DNA of 36,453 nt from Trypethelium eluteriae (lineage: Eukaryota): the NCBI GenBank assembly GCA_051942245.1, contig JAVECL010000201.1, positions 1 through 36,453 on the forward strand, read 5' to 3'. The position numbers were made by a program, and so were the translations under genes. The notes beneath the pieces are model-generated. The model ran no database searches. It saw only the letters and a program-made list of their open reading frames with translations, and was not told the DNA's origin. Below are positions 11,452 to 22,847 of this stretch, piece after piece. The stretch's first letter is position 1. Each line of letters starts with the position of its first letter.

Positions 11452-13147
11452 CTACTCAGATTGATATTTGCTCATCGACCTGAGCTTTGGCCCAAAGAAC
11501 CAGAACGCCCACGGAATTGGAGTCATAGCCACGTTCAAGAAGCCAAGTAGACTTGTGGCCCATCCTGTACCGAGATGCTTGTACATCTGAAGAACGAAGA
11601 GGGGGAAGACGAAGCCTAATGTGTACCGGAGAAGGTGATTTGCCGCCATGGCCGAAGCCGTATAACGCGGCCCGTAGGTATCAGCAAGATACAGCAGACA
11701 AGCCTGGCATGCAACTTTTAGCGGAGCTTCTTGTCATCTAGTTTTCGGACTATCTTACCATGAAAACCAACAAGATTCCAGCACCGAAAAACACTTCCGC
11801 TATGATAGGCGAAATCCAGTGAACGCCCGGCCTTGCAGTCCAAGCGAACCAAAATAATGAGACCGGCAGCAATATACTTCCTACCATCGCAATATATAGT
11901 CGATGCTCTGGTGCTAGCTTCTCACCACGCAATCTGGCCTTCTGAAAACGCTTCCGATAAAAATGCCTGTCAATCAAGACAATCCCAGCACTGGCGAGAA
12001 GAACTCCAATGCCCATTCCAAGGAAAGTCAATCCAATCTCACCCAGGTCGAAATCGTAGGCTTCGCTGAAGACGTATGGGAAGGCGGCATAGAAATTGTA
12101 AATCGTTGCGAAATTGAGAGCAACGTACAAAGAAAAGAGACCAACTATCGGCTCCACCATCATCATGTGGACAGGTCGGGTGAGCGTCGCACGCATGAAA
12201 AATGCTGTCGCTTGGAGAAAAGTCCTCTTGGAGCCCGACACAGATCTTCCCTGCCGCCTCGCACGACGTTTGAGGATCTGCTTCTTGTACGTCTCTGACA
12301 TGAATAGCACAGGCATGAGGAATGCAATCGTGAAGAAGAGAGTAACCCATTGCGTCCACCGCCATCCTTTCGATTGTGCCACATACCCGCCGATGAGAGG
12401 TCCCAGCGTAGGTCCAAGAAAAGGCGCTGTGACGTACAGGGCCATGGGGATCCCCCTCTCTGCTGGCACCCACACATCCGTAAGGGTAGGTGTCCCGGCT
12501 GCTAATCCCGTACTTCCAAAGACTCCGGCAAAGAAGCGACATACTGTCAAGCTCGCAATGTTCTGGGAAAAGCCGGCACCAAGAGTGAAAAGAGCAAAGA
12601 ACGGAATGCCAGCACGATAGATGATCTTTCGTCCGAAGGCTTCACTGGTTGGTGCCGAAACCATGGGACCAAAGGCAAGACCAAGAGTATAAAAGACATA
12701 CGGAAGGAAGGCAACTTCGCTAGAAACCCCCAAAGTACGCATGACGTCGTCATGTCCAGGCACGTAGATCGAACCGGCCATTGTTCTATCAAGACCACGT
12801 CAGCATACACGAGATGATCGACTCATTGGACATGAAACCTACGTTACCAAGGCCATACCGGCAGGAACTACGCTATGGAAGACTTTCTTTCCAAATGGCC
12901 AGTTCTGAGGGTTGTCTCGATCGTGTGGTCCATCCCAGTCTTCGATAGACTTCAGCTCTGATACTGAAGAGATTGCGGTGTCTGGTTGAAGCGGTTCCGG
13001 CTCATCGACGGTCTGATGTATGGCCTGAAATTGCTGCTCAAGCCATTCTTTCGATATCGAGCTGTCAGGGATGAGAAGGGAAGGCAGCAGCTTTGGTTGC
13101 CAATCAGCTTGGACTGAGTCACGCCTGTATAGGATGGAGTCCGCCAT
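11452..13147 (-). CDS. MFS multidrug transporter, DHA1 (12-TM drug:H+ antiporter) family; 3 exons (13147-12843, 12785-11759, 11703-11452)
   Basis: DWDGPHDRDNPQNWP, APTSEAFGRKIIY, CRFFAGVFGS, GPTLGPLIGG, GWRWTQW, SETYK, PEHRL, ASAMAANHLLRY and GWATSLLG are typical DHA1 motifs. The GT..AG introns keep the frame. ATG 13147 has A at -3; the start is somewhat uncertain. Confidence 0.92.
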
Positions 13148-14242
13148 TCTGCGATTCACAAATACGCATTCTCTCAAAATATACACAAAGGACTTCCAGC
13201 TTGACAGTCAAACAAGAGCATGGAGGATTTGCATTCAATTTACAGCACAATTGGGCACGAACAACCGGCAAGGCGGCGCAACGACCCCGAGACTTTAGCT
13301 GAAAGGAATGCAGAGAATTCTTTGACATAGCCTTCCTTTTCTAGAAATTAGCGGCCGAGGTCGCCCAATTTCGAAAGAGTTGCGAAGTCTAAAGTGGAGG
13401 GCAGACGTTCAGCCTTGCAGAAATTACGTGTTCTACGCTATCTGATTCGAACTTAAGCCGATCCTCAGACGAAAGGGTAGGTCTCTGATTGTGGATCTGA
13501 TTGGTTAACAGGGATACTCTATGTATAGAGGGTCACATTTTACCCAGGCAAGTTTCAAGACCTGATGTATGATGACTTGGTTGCGGCTCATACGAGAATT
13601 CGTTGCCAGGTACATGGAGCGTAATCCTGGTCAGCCACACCCAAGACGCATGGCTTCGGAGATGGCCGCCCCCTGTATCCTCGCAATGCGACCTTCATTG
13701 GGTCCTCATGCGCCTGTCTGTTGTACTGCAAAGGCTCAAGCTTGGCGCCTTGCAAAGAAGGCCCTCCACCAACTCCCTGTGCACAGCCGTGGAAACGCAT
13801 GCAGGATCGAGATGTTACCCTCTCATACGTAACGGCAATTACAAAATCTGGACGCCTTACATGTAATTGGCTTTGTAATTGGCTTATTCACAGTCACGTG
13901 TCATTTAGAGAAACATCTTCGGACCTTCTGCCGGTAGTTCTAATCTAGTTCAATCTTAAGTAAGGAAAGTGTGGAGATCTATTCCTACCCAATGTACTAA
14001 AGACCCCGAAACTCCAATCTTTGACCATACACTCTACTTCCACCACTGGCAATGCACAATGCATCCGCTATTCCCAGTGGGCACCTTGTTGGCTCTCCCC
14101 TCCTCAATCAAGGATTGCACATCCATTCCACTCTCGTCCTTACTTAGCAGCACGCCTACGCTCTCAGCGTCCTGCCCATCTTCCCCTCCGGCAGCTCGTC
14201 CCCTTTCATCCACAGCATCTCGGCCGCCTCCTCCGCATCTGT

Positions 14243-14387
14243 CATGCTAATCGCCATAATGCGACTTTACGCGTCAGCATCTGTCATCCTGATCGCTGGA
14301 GACTAAGCCGTCTTCGCCGGACGCCACAGCCGCACATCATGCTTACGATCCCGCGTAATGCGACTTTCCGCGTCGTCAGCATCTGTC
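14243..14387. repeat. Imperfect ~45-50 bp direct repeat, two copies ~95-100 bp apart
   Basis: taatgcgactttacgcgtcagcatctgtc at 14257-14285 versus taatgcgactttccgcgtcgtcagcatctgtc at 14356-14387; both are preceded by catgct. Confidence 0.8.
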
Positions 14388-15169
14388 TGGATAGTGCTCA
14401 GCGCAGCCCTTGAGTCCTCTCGCTCAGTGTCGCGGCTATCATCCTTGATACGCGCCGCAATGGCAAAGCTACCGTTATCATCGCCAGGGCTGTGTGCCAC
14501 GGGAACCGAGGTGCGCCTAGCAGTAGAGTCCAGCCGGGCGATGCAGGAAGGGCAGACGCCGTGGAAGTCGTATTCCTCGTCGATCCCGGGATAGAGGTCT
14601 GGGTCGGGATCCGTGTAGAACAGACTGCAGTTGAAGCAGACGCGGGTGCGTCCGACAGGAGATTCGGAGATGTCACTGTCGACTGACGTGGTCGCTCTCT
14701 TGGTCTTGTCACTGCTGAATTCGTCGACATATTGCGACATGAGCTGAGATTCCATAGAGGCTGTCGAGATTTCCGATGTCTCAGAGGCTTCTGAACTTGG
14801 TGACGATGGGATCTCTTCGACGGCCCCAAATCGAACATGACGGACTTGTGTTGGTCCTTTCGAAAGGTTCTTTGGGGTATCTACATCTGGGATTTTATGC
14901 GTCGGGCTAGAGGACCCGGCTCCCAGATCTTGGATCAAATGCCTGACTGCATCTTCGATTTCCCAGGTCTCCAACATGGCGTCTGTGATATCCCTCGCAC
15001 TGATACCGAGATCTGCAGCAAGTTCATCTAATTCCCAGAGATCTTTAGTACATAACCTGCGATCATGACTATGAAGCAGCTCCGATACGATCTTCGAGTC
15101 CGCTAGGGCGGTCACTAAGGCTGCATCCGAACCTCCAGACCTGCTGACATTTTGGCAGGTAGAAGACAT
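14303..15169 (-). CDS. Hypothetical protein, possibly the last exon of a larger or decaying gene; UBA-like helical segment, RVxF-like motif, CxxC...CxxC
   Basis: Open frame of ~300 codons with protein-like composition. First ATG is at 15169. An acceptor-like TTACCAG lies just upstream (~15234-15240). No family recognised. Confidence 0.5.
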   Translation of the reverse strand: MSSTCQNVSRSGGSDAALVTALADSKIVSELLHSHDRRLCTKDLWELDELAADLGISARDITDAMLETWEIEDAVRHLIQDLGAGSSSPTHKIPDVDTPKNLSKGPTQVRHVRFGAVEEIPSSPSSEASETSEISTASMESQLMSQYVDEFSSDKTKRATTSVDSDISESPVGRTRVCFNCSLFYTDPDPDLYPGIDEEYDFHGVCPSCIARLDSTARRTSVPVAHSPGDDNGSFAIAARIKDDSRDTEREDSRAALSTIQTDADDAESRITRDRKHDVRLWRPAKTA

Positions 15170-16760
15170 AGTATGGTATACCGCGTTTCCCGCACTGTAA
15201 CTTTCGCGATCCAAGCACGGCTGCACGTTTTGCTGGTAATTAAGTCAAGAGTAGTAGAGTAGGCCGAAAATCAGAATCTGCTGCACCAATGAAAGCCTTA
15301 ATGATGGTTTGATGTGCCTCAGTCTGCGTCTGGACCTATAATGAATACTTAAGCTTCTGTTGTGAAGATCGCAGAAGTGCACTGTATGAAAATCTTAGAG
15401 GTGACAAAGAAAGATCAGTAGAAGCAGGTAAATGATTGTCCATAAGATGTTTGTCCTGTAAGCGAGAGTAGGCATAGACCTTTATCGCGACAAAGAAGTG
15501 GCGAGATATCGCCGGAACGACATGACCTATTTCCTGGAAATTGAAGCTGATTGACATTGGATATAGGCCTAGACTTATTTTGCAGCAAGGAAGGCGCATA
15601 GCCCATGATTCAGAGTCACGGAAGAGAAAAGTCAGTTCCAATGGGATTCTGAAGGTAATTACAAAACCTAGGTTCCGGATAGCAAGACTGACGTCGAGGT
15701 CGTGAGGGAGGAATCATTCACTGAATGGATACATGACCACGAATTCATAGTCACTGCATACTCCCGGAGACAGGACAAGACGTCACTCTGTTCTTTAATA
15801 GGGAAGTTTGAGTGCCTCACTCTCCTAATTTGTCAACTCAAACGTCATAACAGCAGTGAAGTCTCTCCATTTGTTGCTCTGGGCCTTCTACCATTTGTTT
15901 GCAAAGGGTAACCTCGACGTTTCAGACTTACGAGTCTGGACTGATTGAGCGATGTGATGCATGAAGAGGGCTTGTGCGTGTTTCTGCTGTATCTTGTTCG
16001 AAGCAGTCGTGCATCACTCATCCACGTCAATCCCTGGTAGATGATCAAACATTACCTCAAGGCTCTCTTCCAAGACTTCCATGTGACCAAAATCCTGCAT
16101 GAATCCGTCACGGAGGATTACTGCTCCAATCAATATCTGGGTTGCTCACGCGGCCAAAACTTGTCAGGTCACAGTAGGGGAGAATATCGGAGCCATTCGT
16201 GCACGTGCAATTAATGATTGGTAGACCCAGACTTGTGACCAATCTCTTTGTCGTTTGCTGTGACACAGGCATGGGTGGATTTGCGATCGTAGTGCGCTTC
16301 CAAACAAAGATTCAAACTATTCGGAAGTGGTGTCCAACTGGTCAACAATCTCGGCGAGCTCTTTAAGGCAGCTACCAGCCAAGTTAGAGAACGACAAACG
16401 TTCTTCAACGCAGTTGACGATATTCCATGGCGGAAAAATTCCGGTAGCAAACAATGGGATTCTTGGGAATGCGAAGCAGCAAGCTATAGGATCTGAGACA
16501 ATTCACGGGCCAAAACTATGTAGGTATTCTTGAGCAGCTGCTAATACCTCATATTGACGGATGCTCATGGTAAAGCAGTCAATGATTATTTTCTCGATGC
16601 CAGGAAAATAGCAATCTCCTCATTCCTGAGCTTTGATAAGTCAGAAACCTCACGTCAGTCCTATCTTCATCAAGTCTGATTGACGCTGACATGACTCAAG
16701 TTTTCCTTTCACCAGATGGTTAGCGACCTTTAAGTCGAAGGGTAGAGTTCTTATACTCTA

Positions 16761-18326
16761 ATGTCGAGTCTTATAGCAACGCTTCTTCTTGCGGTAAGAC
16801 TCAATCAGCCTCAAAGCCCATTCATTCTAACAGAGGGCACGACCAAGTTACTCACATATTTAACGTACTCCGTCATCTACAACCTTTACTTCCATCCTCT
16901 TTGCAAATTTCCAGGATCATCATGGTGGATATGCAGCGAAATAGTTCCTTTCTTCGCCTTCACAAGTGGCCGCTTTCCCCAACGACTTGAACGACTGCAC
17001 TCGAAGTATGGAGAAGTCGTCCGCTTTGGTCCCCAGGATCTAGCCTTCTTCATCCCTGACGCCTGGCAAGATATATATGGTCAAGACAAGCAGAAGGCCT
17101 TTATCAAGGATCCTAGAGCATATCGTATGCGTCCTGCAGGAGTACCAGACCTGCTGACGGCGAACGGTGCGGACCACCGGCGGTACCGAACACTCGTAGG
17201 CCACGCATTCTCAGACCAAGCCCTCCGAGAGCAGCAGCCGATTGTTGAAAGCCATGTTGACTTATTAGTGTTTAAACTCAAGGAAGTTTCTAGGAATAAT
17301 GAAACTGTCGACATCCATGAATGGCTCAAATGTACGGCTTTTGACCTCATTGGGGATCTTGCCTTTGGAGAATCTTTCGGGTGTCTGGAAAATTCCAGGT
17401 CTCATCCTTTGGTAGCCCAAACCTCTGCATATGTCAAATCTCTAGCGATTGTGACGGTCTTAGATGTTTGGCTGCCAATGCAAAACATGCTCCGATGGGC
17501 TCCTAAATTTGTCTTTCGGGCGATATATAAACATCTCGAAATGACACGTGAGAAGATTGAGCGGCGACTTGCAACAGGTACGAACCGCAAGGATTTTATG
17601 CACTTTATCCTACCCAATGACGAGAAAGGAATCAACCACCAAGAGCTTATGGCGAACATGGCTCTTCTCATTATTGCCGGTTCAGAGACCACAGCGTCCA
17701 CGTTAGCAGCAACGATATACCTGCTTCTGAAGAACCCCGGAGCGCTCGAAAGATTGAACAGAGAAATTTTCACTAGGTTCAAGGGCGTCGAAGACATGAC
17801 GGTTAACCGATTGAGCGCCTTCGAGTATTTGAACGCCACCATACAGGAGTCTATGCGTGTGCATGCACCAGTCCCGGTCGGTTTGCCACGGGTTATAACG
17901 GTAGACGATGCAGTCGTTGCTGGATATGCGGTTCCAAAAGGAGTGAGCAGCCTTTAATTTGCGGAGTTCGTACAGCGGAAGCAAACCTATATTGATCTGC
18001 CACAGACTTCAGTTACTCTTCAGAACTATGCTGCTTACCGATCGCCGCAAAACTTCACAGATTCGATAAATTTTGAGCCGCTTCGGTGGACGGAGGGTGG
18101 CCGCCGAACAGAAGATCTCCTCAATACCGTCGAGCCTTTCGGAATCGGTCCGCGTAATTGCATCGGTAAGAGCTTGGCCTGGGCAGAGATGCGACTCATT
18201 CTAGTGAGGTTATTGTTTGAGTTCGACTTTGTTCTGTTAGACGATGACTTCCAAGACGATAACCAGAAGGTCTTTGGTGTGTGGAATCCGCCTCCGCTGA
18301 ATGTCAAACTTAGGCCTCGAACCTAG
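16761..18326 (+). CDS. Cytochrome P450 monooxygenase, CYP65/Tri11-like; probably 3 exons (16761-16793, 16848-17942, 18006-18326)
   Basis: YNLYFHPLCKFPG, LHSKYGEVVRFGP, AWQDIYG, FDLIGDLAFGESFGCL, I-helix AGSETT, ExxR (ESMR), PLRW. The heme motif FGIGPRNCIG lies in the last exon, after intron 17943-18005 (GTGAG..CAG). Intron 1 (GTAAG..CTAAC..AAG) is 54 nt and in frame. Confidence 0.93.
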
Positions 18327-19592
18327 ATTCCGTGTGCTTTCCGATACTTATCTCTGTTGGAGTGTCTTTCAGGGGTTACAACTTGGCATCGTTCGGCAGG
18401 CGGCGCATGAACGGCTTGATGTTGTTGGGGGCCTTCCTGATTAAAAGGCTGGAAAAGGGCATTTAGGCGATTTCCTACGAGTTCTTTCTCAAAATCGTAA
18501 TGAATCCTTCTCCTTGAATTTGGAGAAGAACTTATTGAGGGACCCTGGAATTTGCCGCCTCAAACACTGTTGCACCGACGTTTCTTTTCATAGCCCCGGA
18601 CCTATCGAGTTCTAAGTTTCTTGTCCCTTCCCTTGTCCAACTGCGGTCAGGCTGCGAGGAAGCGAAATGGGCATTCGATTTGTCCAGTCCCAGACGAAGC
18701 TGCTCATGCATCTGCGCTGCATTAATTTGTCTGCTTTGTAGTGAAAGAGGTGAAATTCGGGTTCAGGTGGGTTGACAAATGATGGAAGAACAAGCGAAAT
18801 TTTTCGATCAATGTCGTTCATGTATTCATATAATGAAGCAATAAAAGGATCGGAGTTGCTGAGTATGAGTCTTTATGCGAATGTGAGCAGGAAAAAAAAT
18901 GAATGCACATCTGTAATGCTGTTCAAGCTTCATCCCAGTATCGCGGCGTTCTCAAGTTCGGAGTTTTGGTCAGCAAGACTCCGCATTTCGGCAAGGGCTC
19001 CAAATCTGCGCATGGCAAGCCCGATAAGATTTTCTATGACCCAATGTTAGCCCAGAATATTCATAAGGCAGTGGTGCAGAAATTACCCAACCTTTCTTAT
19101 CCACACTCGGGTCAATCTTATCTGGCGCGGTTTAGTCTTTTCATCGTAAAGACTATCGATCACTCAGTCAGAACCTCTCTAGACAACCTGATAAGGTCAC
19201 CAGCGGGCCCAGCGCGGCCGGCGAGCTAGACGCAACTGCTCCATCCTTCCACTTCTCTTCTAGCGTTCTCAAGGCGGCGTGCTCGGAGGCAAAGAAGATG
19301 CCCGCGAGAGCGCGAACTGTCCCTTGGGGTTGCAGATCGTCCGGACCTTGCCAAAATTCCGTGGACTTTAACCCAGACTCCGAAGAATGCGTGATAATCG
19401 GTATACAAAAAACAGATTGCAAAGAAAAACCCAGTATGAAGTGGGCACGTCGGTTTCCCAAAGTCACTGCTTGCAAGATATTCTGAAGTACAGATGAGAA
19501 GCGTCCCGTAGGGCAAGACATGACTGAAGAAAGGGTCTTTGCTGGATACGCATCGGTGTTCGAAAATGTCGTCGCGGGTTCACTCCCTCTGC

Positions 19593-22285
19593 TCAAATTT
19601 GGTGGTCCCCTCGAAAAGACGGAGGTGACATGTGCGTACCAAAAGCGCCCTCGGTATTACTAAACATATCGGCAGATTCCAACGTCTCGAAGTCGATCAA
19701 TGGAGGCGCGGTGCCTGCAGACGTTCCAAAGGCAGTCGAGTCGACGAAGCTTTGCAAGCCTACCGTCGGCGAAAAAGAATCACTTTCAGTCTGAGGTTGA
19801 GTAGAAGTCAGATCCAAGAATTGCCAGAAGTTGCAGCTCGGGTCATTGGAGAGCACTGGCAGCACGTCAATATCCTGGAATTCATGAATCGCAGATGTGA
19901 ACGGCATGAAAACTTCTGCAGCAGAAATTGAGTTGGGACTTGCTTGTTCCGTTTCTGCAGTAACGTTCAAGGCTTTTCCTTGGAGAGCCTTCACAACGTC
20001 CATAACCTTATCTTTGAGCGACTGCCTTGCCCTAGGTTCAAGTCTTGTTGTTTGTCCTCCTAGAGGGCTGTATGGAAGATTGTCTACGAGGCTTTCTTCG
20101 TTGGCGCTAGACGAATCTTCCTCCAGCTTTATCAAGACTTCGAGCGCAGCAACACTTCGCTGCTGGATGGAAGCGTTGGTCGATTCTGACTGGGGCTCCT
20201 GTGGGAATGCTGAGACCTTTGCATGGCTTTGTGTCCGCAATAGCTCGATAGCGTCCCGGATCTTGTCTCTCGTCATTAATCGACTTAATTGGGAACTGGT
20301 TTCGTCATCATTCTTACGCATGGACGAGGATAGTAAGTCGAGGAGCAGTACAAGGCCAGCATTGAACAGCTGGATCTCGTTGGAAGCTAGAGAGCCGCAA
20401 ACAGCGCACCGTGCCTGTATTTGCGTCTGGGTACTAATAACGTTCTGTGCTAGAAGCTGACATGCTGCGCGGCCATCCTGAGTTGAGAGATTGGCACGAT
20501 GGAGTCTCAAGAATAGGGCCCAGAGCTGCTGATGAAGCATCCATCGGTGTACTGGTATTGCTTGCAAACGACCCGTCGAAGTCAGTCCCACAGAGCTTCC
20601 TAGTCTAAAATGGGACGGCAATCCAGCAAGAAATTTTTCATACTTCTTGTTGAGATGGCTTCGTATCTTTGCACCTTGATCTATGCCTTGTTGTTGCTGT
20701 ACAGCCTGTGCTTGACGTAGCGACCCACGCAAGTCGACACATTCACGAGCAAAACCTGCTATTTCTAGTGCATGAACTGTATACGAGAGCATGGTGAACT
20801 CGGATCGAGGCCGTTCAGTGATGCAGTCGTACCTATCAACGGTAGATGTTGTCGGATACAGATCTTCATCATTGATATGCAACGGCATTCTCGTGCTGAA
20901 TTGCGAAGGGTAAATGCTATAGTAACCCAGCGCTTGTCCGCGAGACCAGTCTCGCATCACAAGTGCCCACCTATATTTCCAATGCATCAGAGATCAAGCT
21001 GCAAACAAAGGTCCTGGAGTTTAAATGACTTACCAGACGCGAACACCCACTTCTGTTCGAATATGAGGCGGGTCCATTGCTGTTATTGAGCCATCTTCGG
21101 GAGAAGAAGTGGACGGTGCAGAGACTTGCAATCTTGCATTGCCTAGCTGATGCAAACCTAGCTTCTGGGCTCCAGAAATTGCAGTCACCAAGATTGCATC
21201 GAGCGCTAGTGACCCCTCTTGGCCATCAAGCAGAAGCATCACGATAGCTTGCAGACTAGCTATTGAACCACAAAATAGTGACATATTACCATGAAGGCAA
21301 CGCAGCGCAAGCGACCGCCACGTCTTAGACCATAAATCTGACGCTCTAAGTTCTTCTACACGAAGGGTCAGAGGTGAAGAAGACCAGCAGAGCAGAGATG
21401 GCGTGGGATGAAAGGCCAGAGCGAGGATGAGCTGTCCAAAAAAAAAAAAGGGGAAGTAAGCATGCGTTCGATCCAGGATCTCAAGGCTCACGTACCGCCA
21501 AGAGGTGACAAGCAAGTGTATCCATCGAAAGTATATTGGTTAGAGCTACAACCCGTGATTCTGGCGGGGCAAGCCCCAAACAGCTGCAAAGAATTTCTGC
21601 TTGCTTCAGGAATGTCGGCGTGTGCACAATGTTACCAAGTGGGCCTTGACAACGAGTAACAAAGACTTCATGGAGGAGATGAATTATATCCAGCTCGGGC
21701 AGGGCATGGACAATTTCTTGAACCAGTGCAAGTTTTTCATCCTGCTTGTGATGATTATTTGTAGTCGACCAGTACACGTTGGGGTAGTCTGGTGCTACAA
21801 AGGATACTGCTGATTGAGAGACAGTGGATGGGCCGGCAGTGGTTCGAGACGTTCCATCGACAAAACGCTCAAGCGCTTGCGCAGCTTCCTCGGCTTCCGT
21901 CAACTGAGTTTGTAACGCATTTCTGGTAAATAAAGAATTTAGATGGCGAGATGCCAATACAGAGAGTGCTGTAGTACAACTCACGTCTTGCTTACGGCTT
22001 TGGTCCTATGGTCCGTTTTAGCCCTTTTCGCCCGTGGCTGGCGTTCTTCTCTGTAGCAAAGGTCTCCTAAGTCACGCTTGACACATTCTATCTGCATGCA
22101 AATTCTAAGTCTCAACTTCAGCATGCTGTCAAAAAACATCAACATACACATGGTTCCTTTCTGTCACATTTGAGTTTCGATGCTCTACATCGAGCACAGG
22201 ACAGCGTGAACTTGCGCACGGCGGGTTCCGGGCCTGAAGAGCGTTTAGCGCTGGCATTCCCTTCCTTTGCGCCATAGTCAGCCAT
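19593..22285 (-). CDS. Zn(II)2Cys6 fungal transcription factor with middle homology region; 5 exons (22285-22148, 22091-21985, 21922-21496, 21431-21034, 20970-19593)
   Basis: MADYGAKE...KFTLSCARCRASKLKCDRKEPC|IECVKRDLGDLC is a complete six-Cys cluster split by an intron. The middle region reads SIASLQAIVML, AISGAQKLGLH, EVGVRVWWALVMRDW and TRMPLHINDEDL. All splice sites are GT..AG and preserve the frame. Confidence 0.9.
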
Positions 22286-22847
22286 GATTGATGACAAGGT
22301 GAAAAAGAGGCATAATGCATGTTAGAGATAGTCTTCCGCGTCCAGTCTTTGGTTGCCGGTTTCGGTACGCACTTTCCCCGTGGTGAAGCCCTGGTGTAGG
22401 CTTGCAGTGATACGTCCCTGGTGTGCGGCCCATGGTTGACACGTGATCGAGGCGATTTCTCAGCGCTTGATCCTGTCTCAAGTCCACCAGCAACTACTCC
22501 ATTAAAGTACTCGGTACATCTTTTCCGATCTTATTGATGGCTTGCGGGCAGCTACGCAGGTACGGGTACAGTGCTTTCTGCTCGTGAGCCTAGGCCCATC
22601 CCTTGCAGGTAGAGTACTCAGTGGGGGCCGCAATGAGTCTGGGTAAGGCAGACATGCGCGCTGGCATGGCTGCGCATCCTGCTGCACGATGTGGTAATTT
22701 GCCTTCCTGTCAGCCTTCTTTCCAGTTAGCATATCCTCGTGCGATGGAGCGAGCCTCTTGCATCAACTTTGATTGTCCTCAGTCCCTGTGCTCATTGATC
22801 TGGTGCACTAGGAAGCCCGTTTCCCTCAAGTTATCGAGCATGCTCCC

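Noticed and set aside
13119..13328. Cys-rich 69-aa ORF that looks like a Zn-cluster fragment or an extra MFS exon
   Set aside because: Cys spacing does not fit Zn2Cys6, and the MFS has an adequate in-frame ATG at 13147.
13863..13885. 12-bp tandem duplication gtaattggcttt/gtaattggctt
   Set aside because: Two copies only; ordinary slippage.
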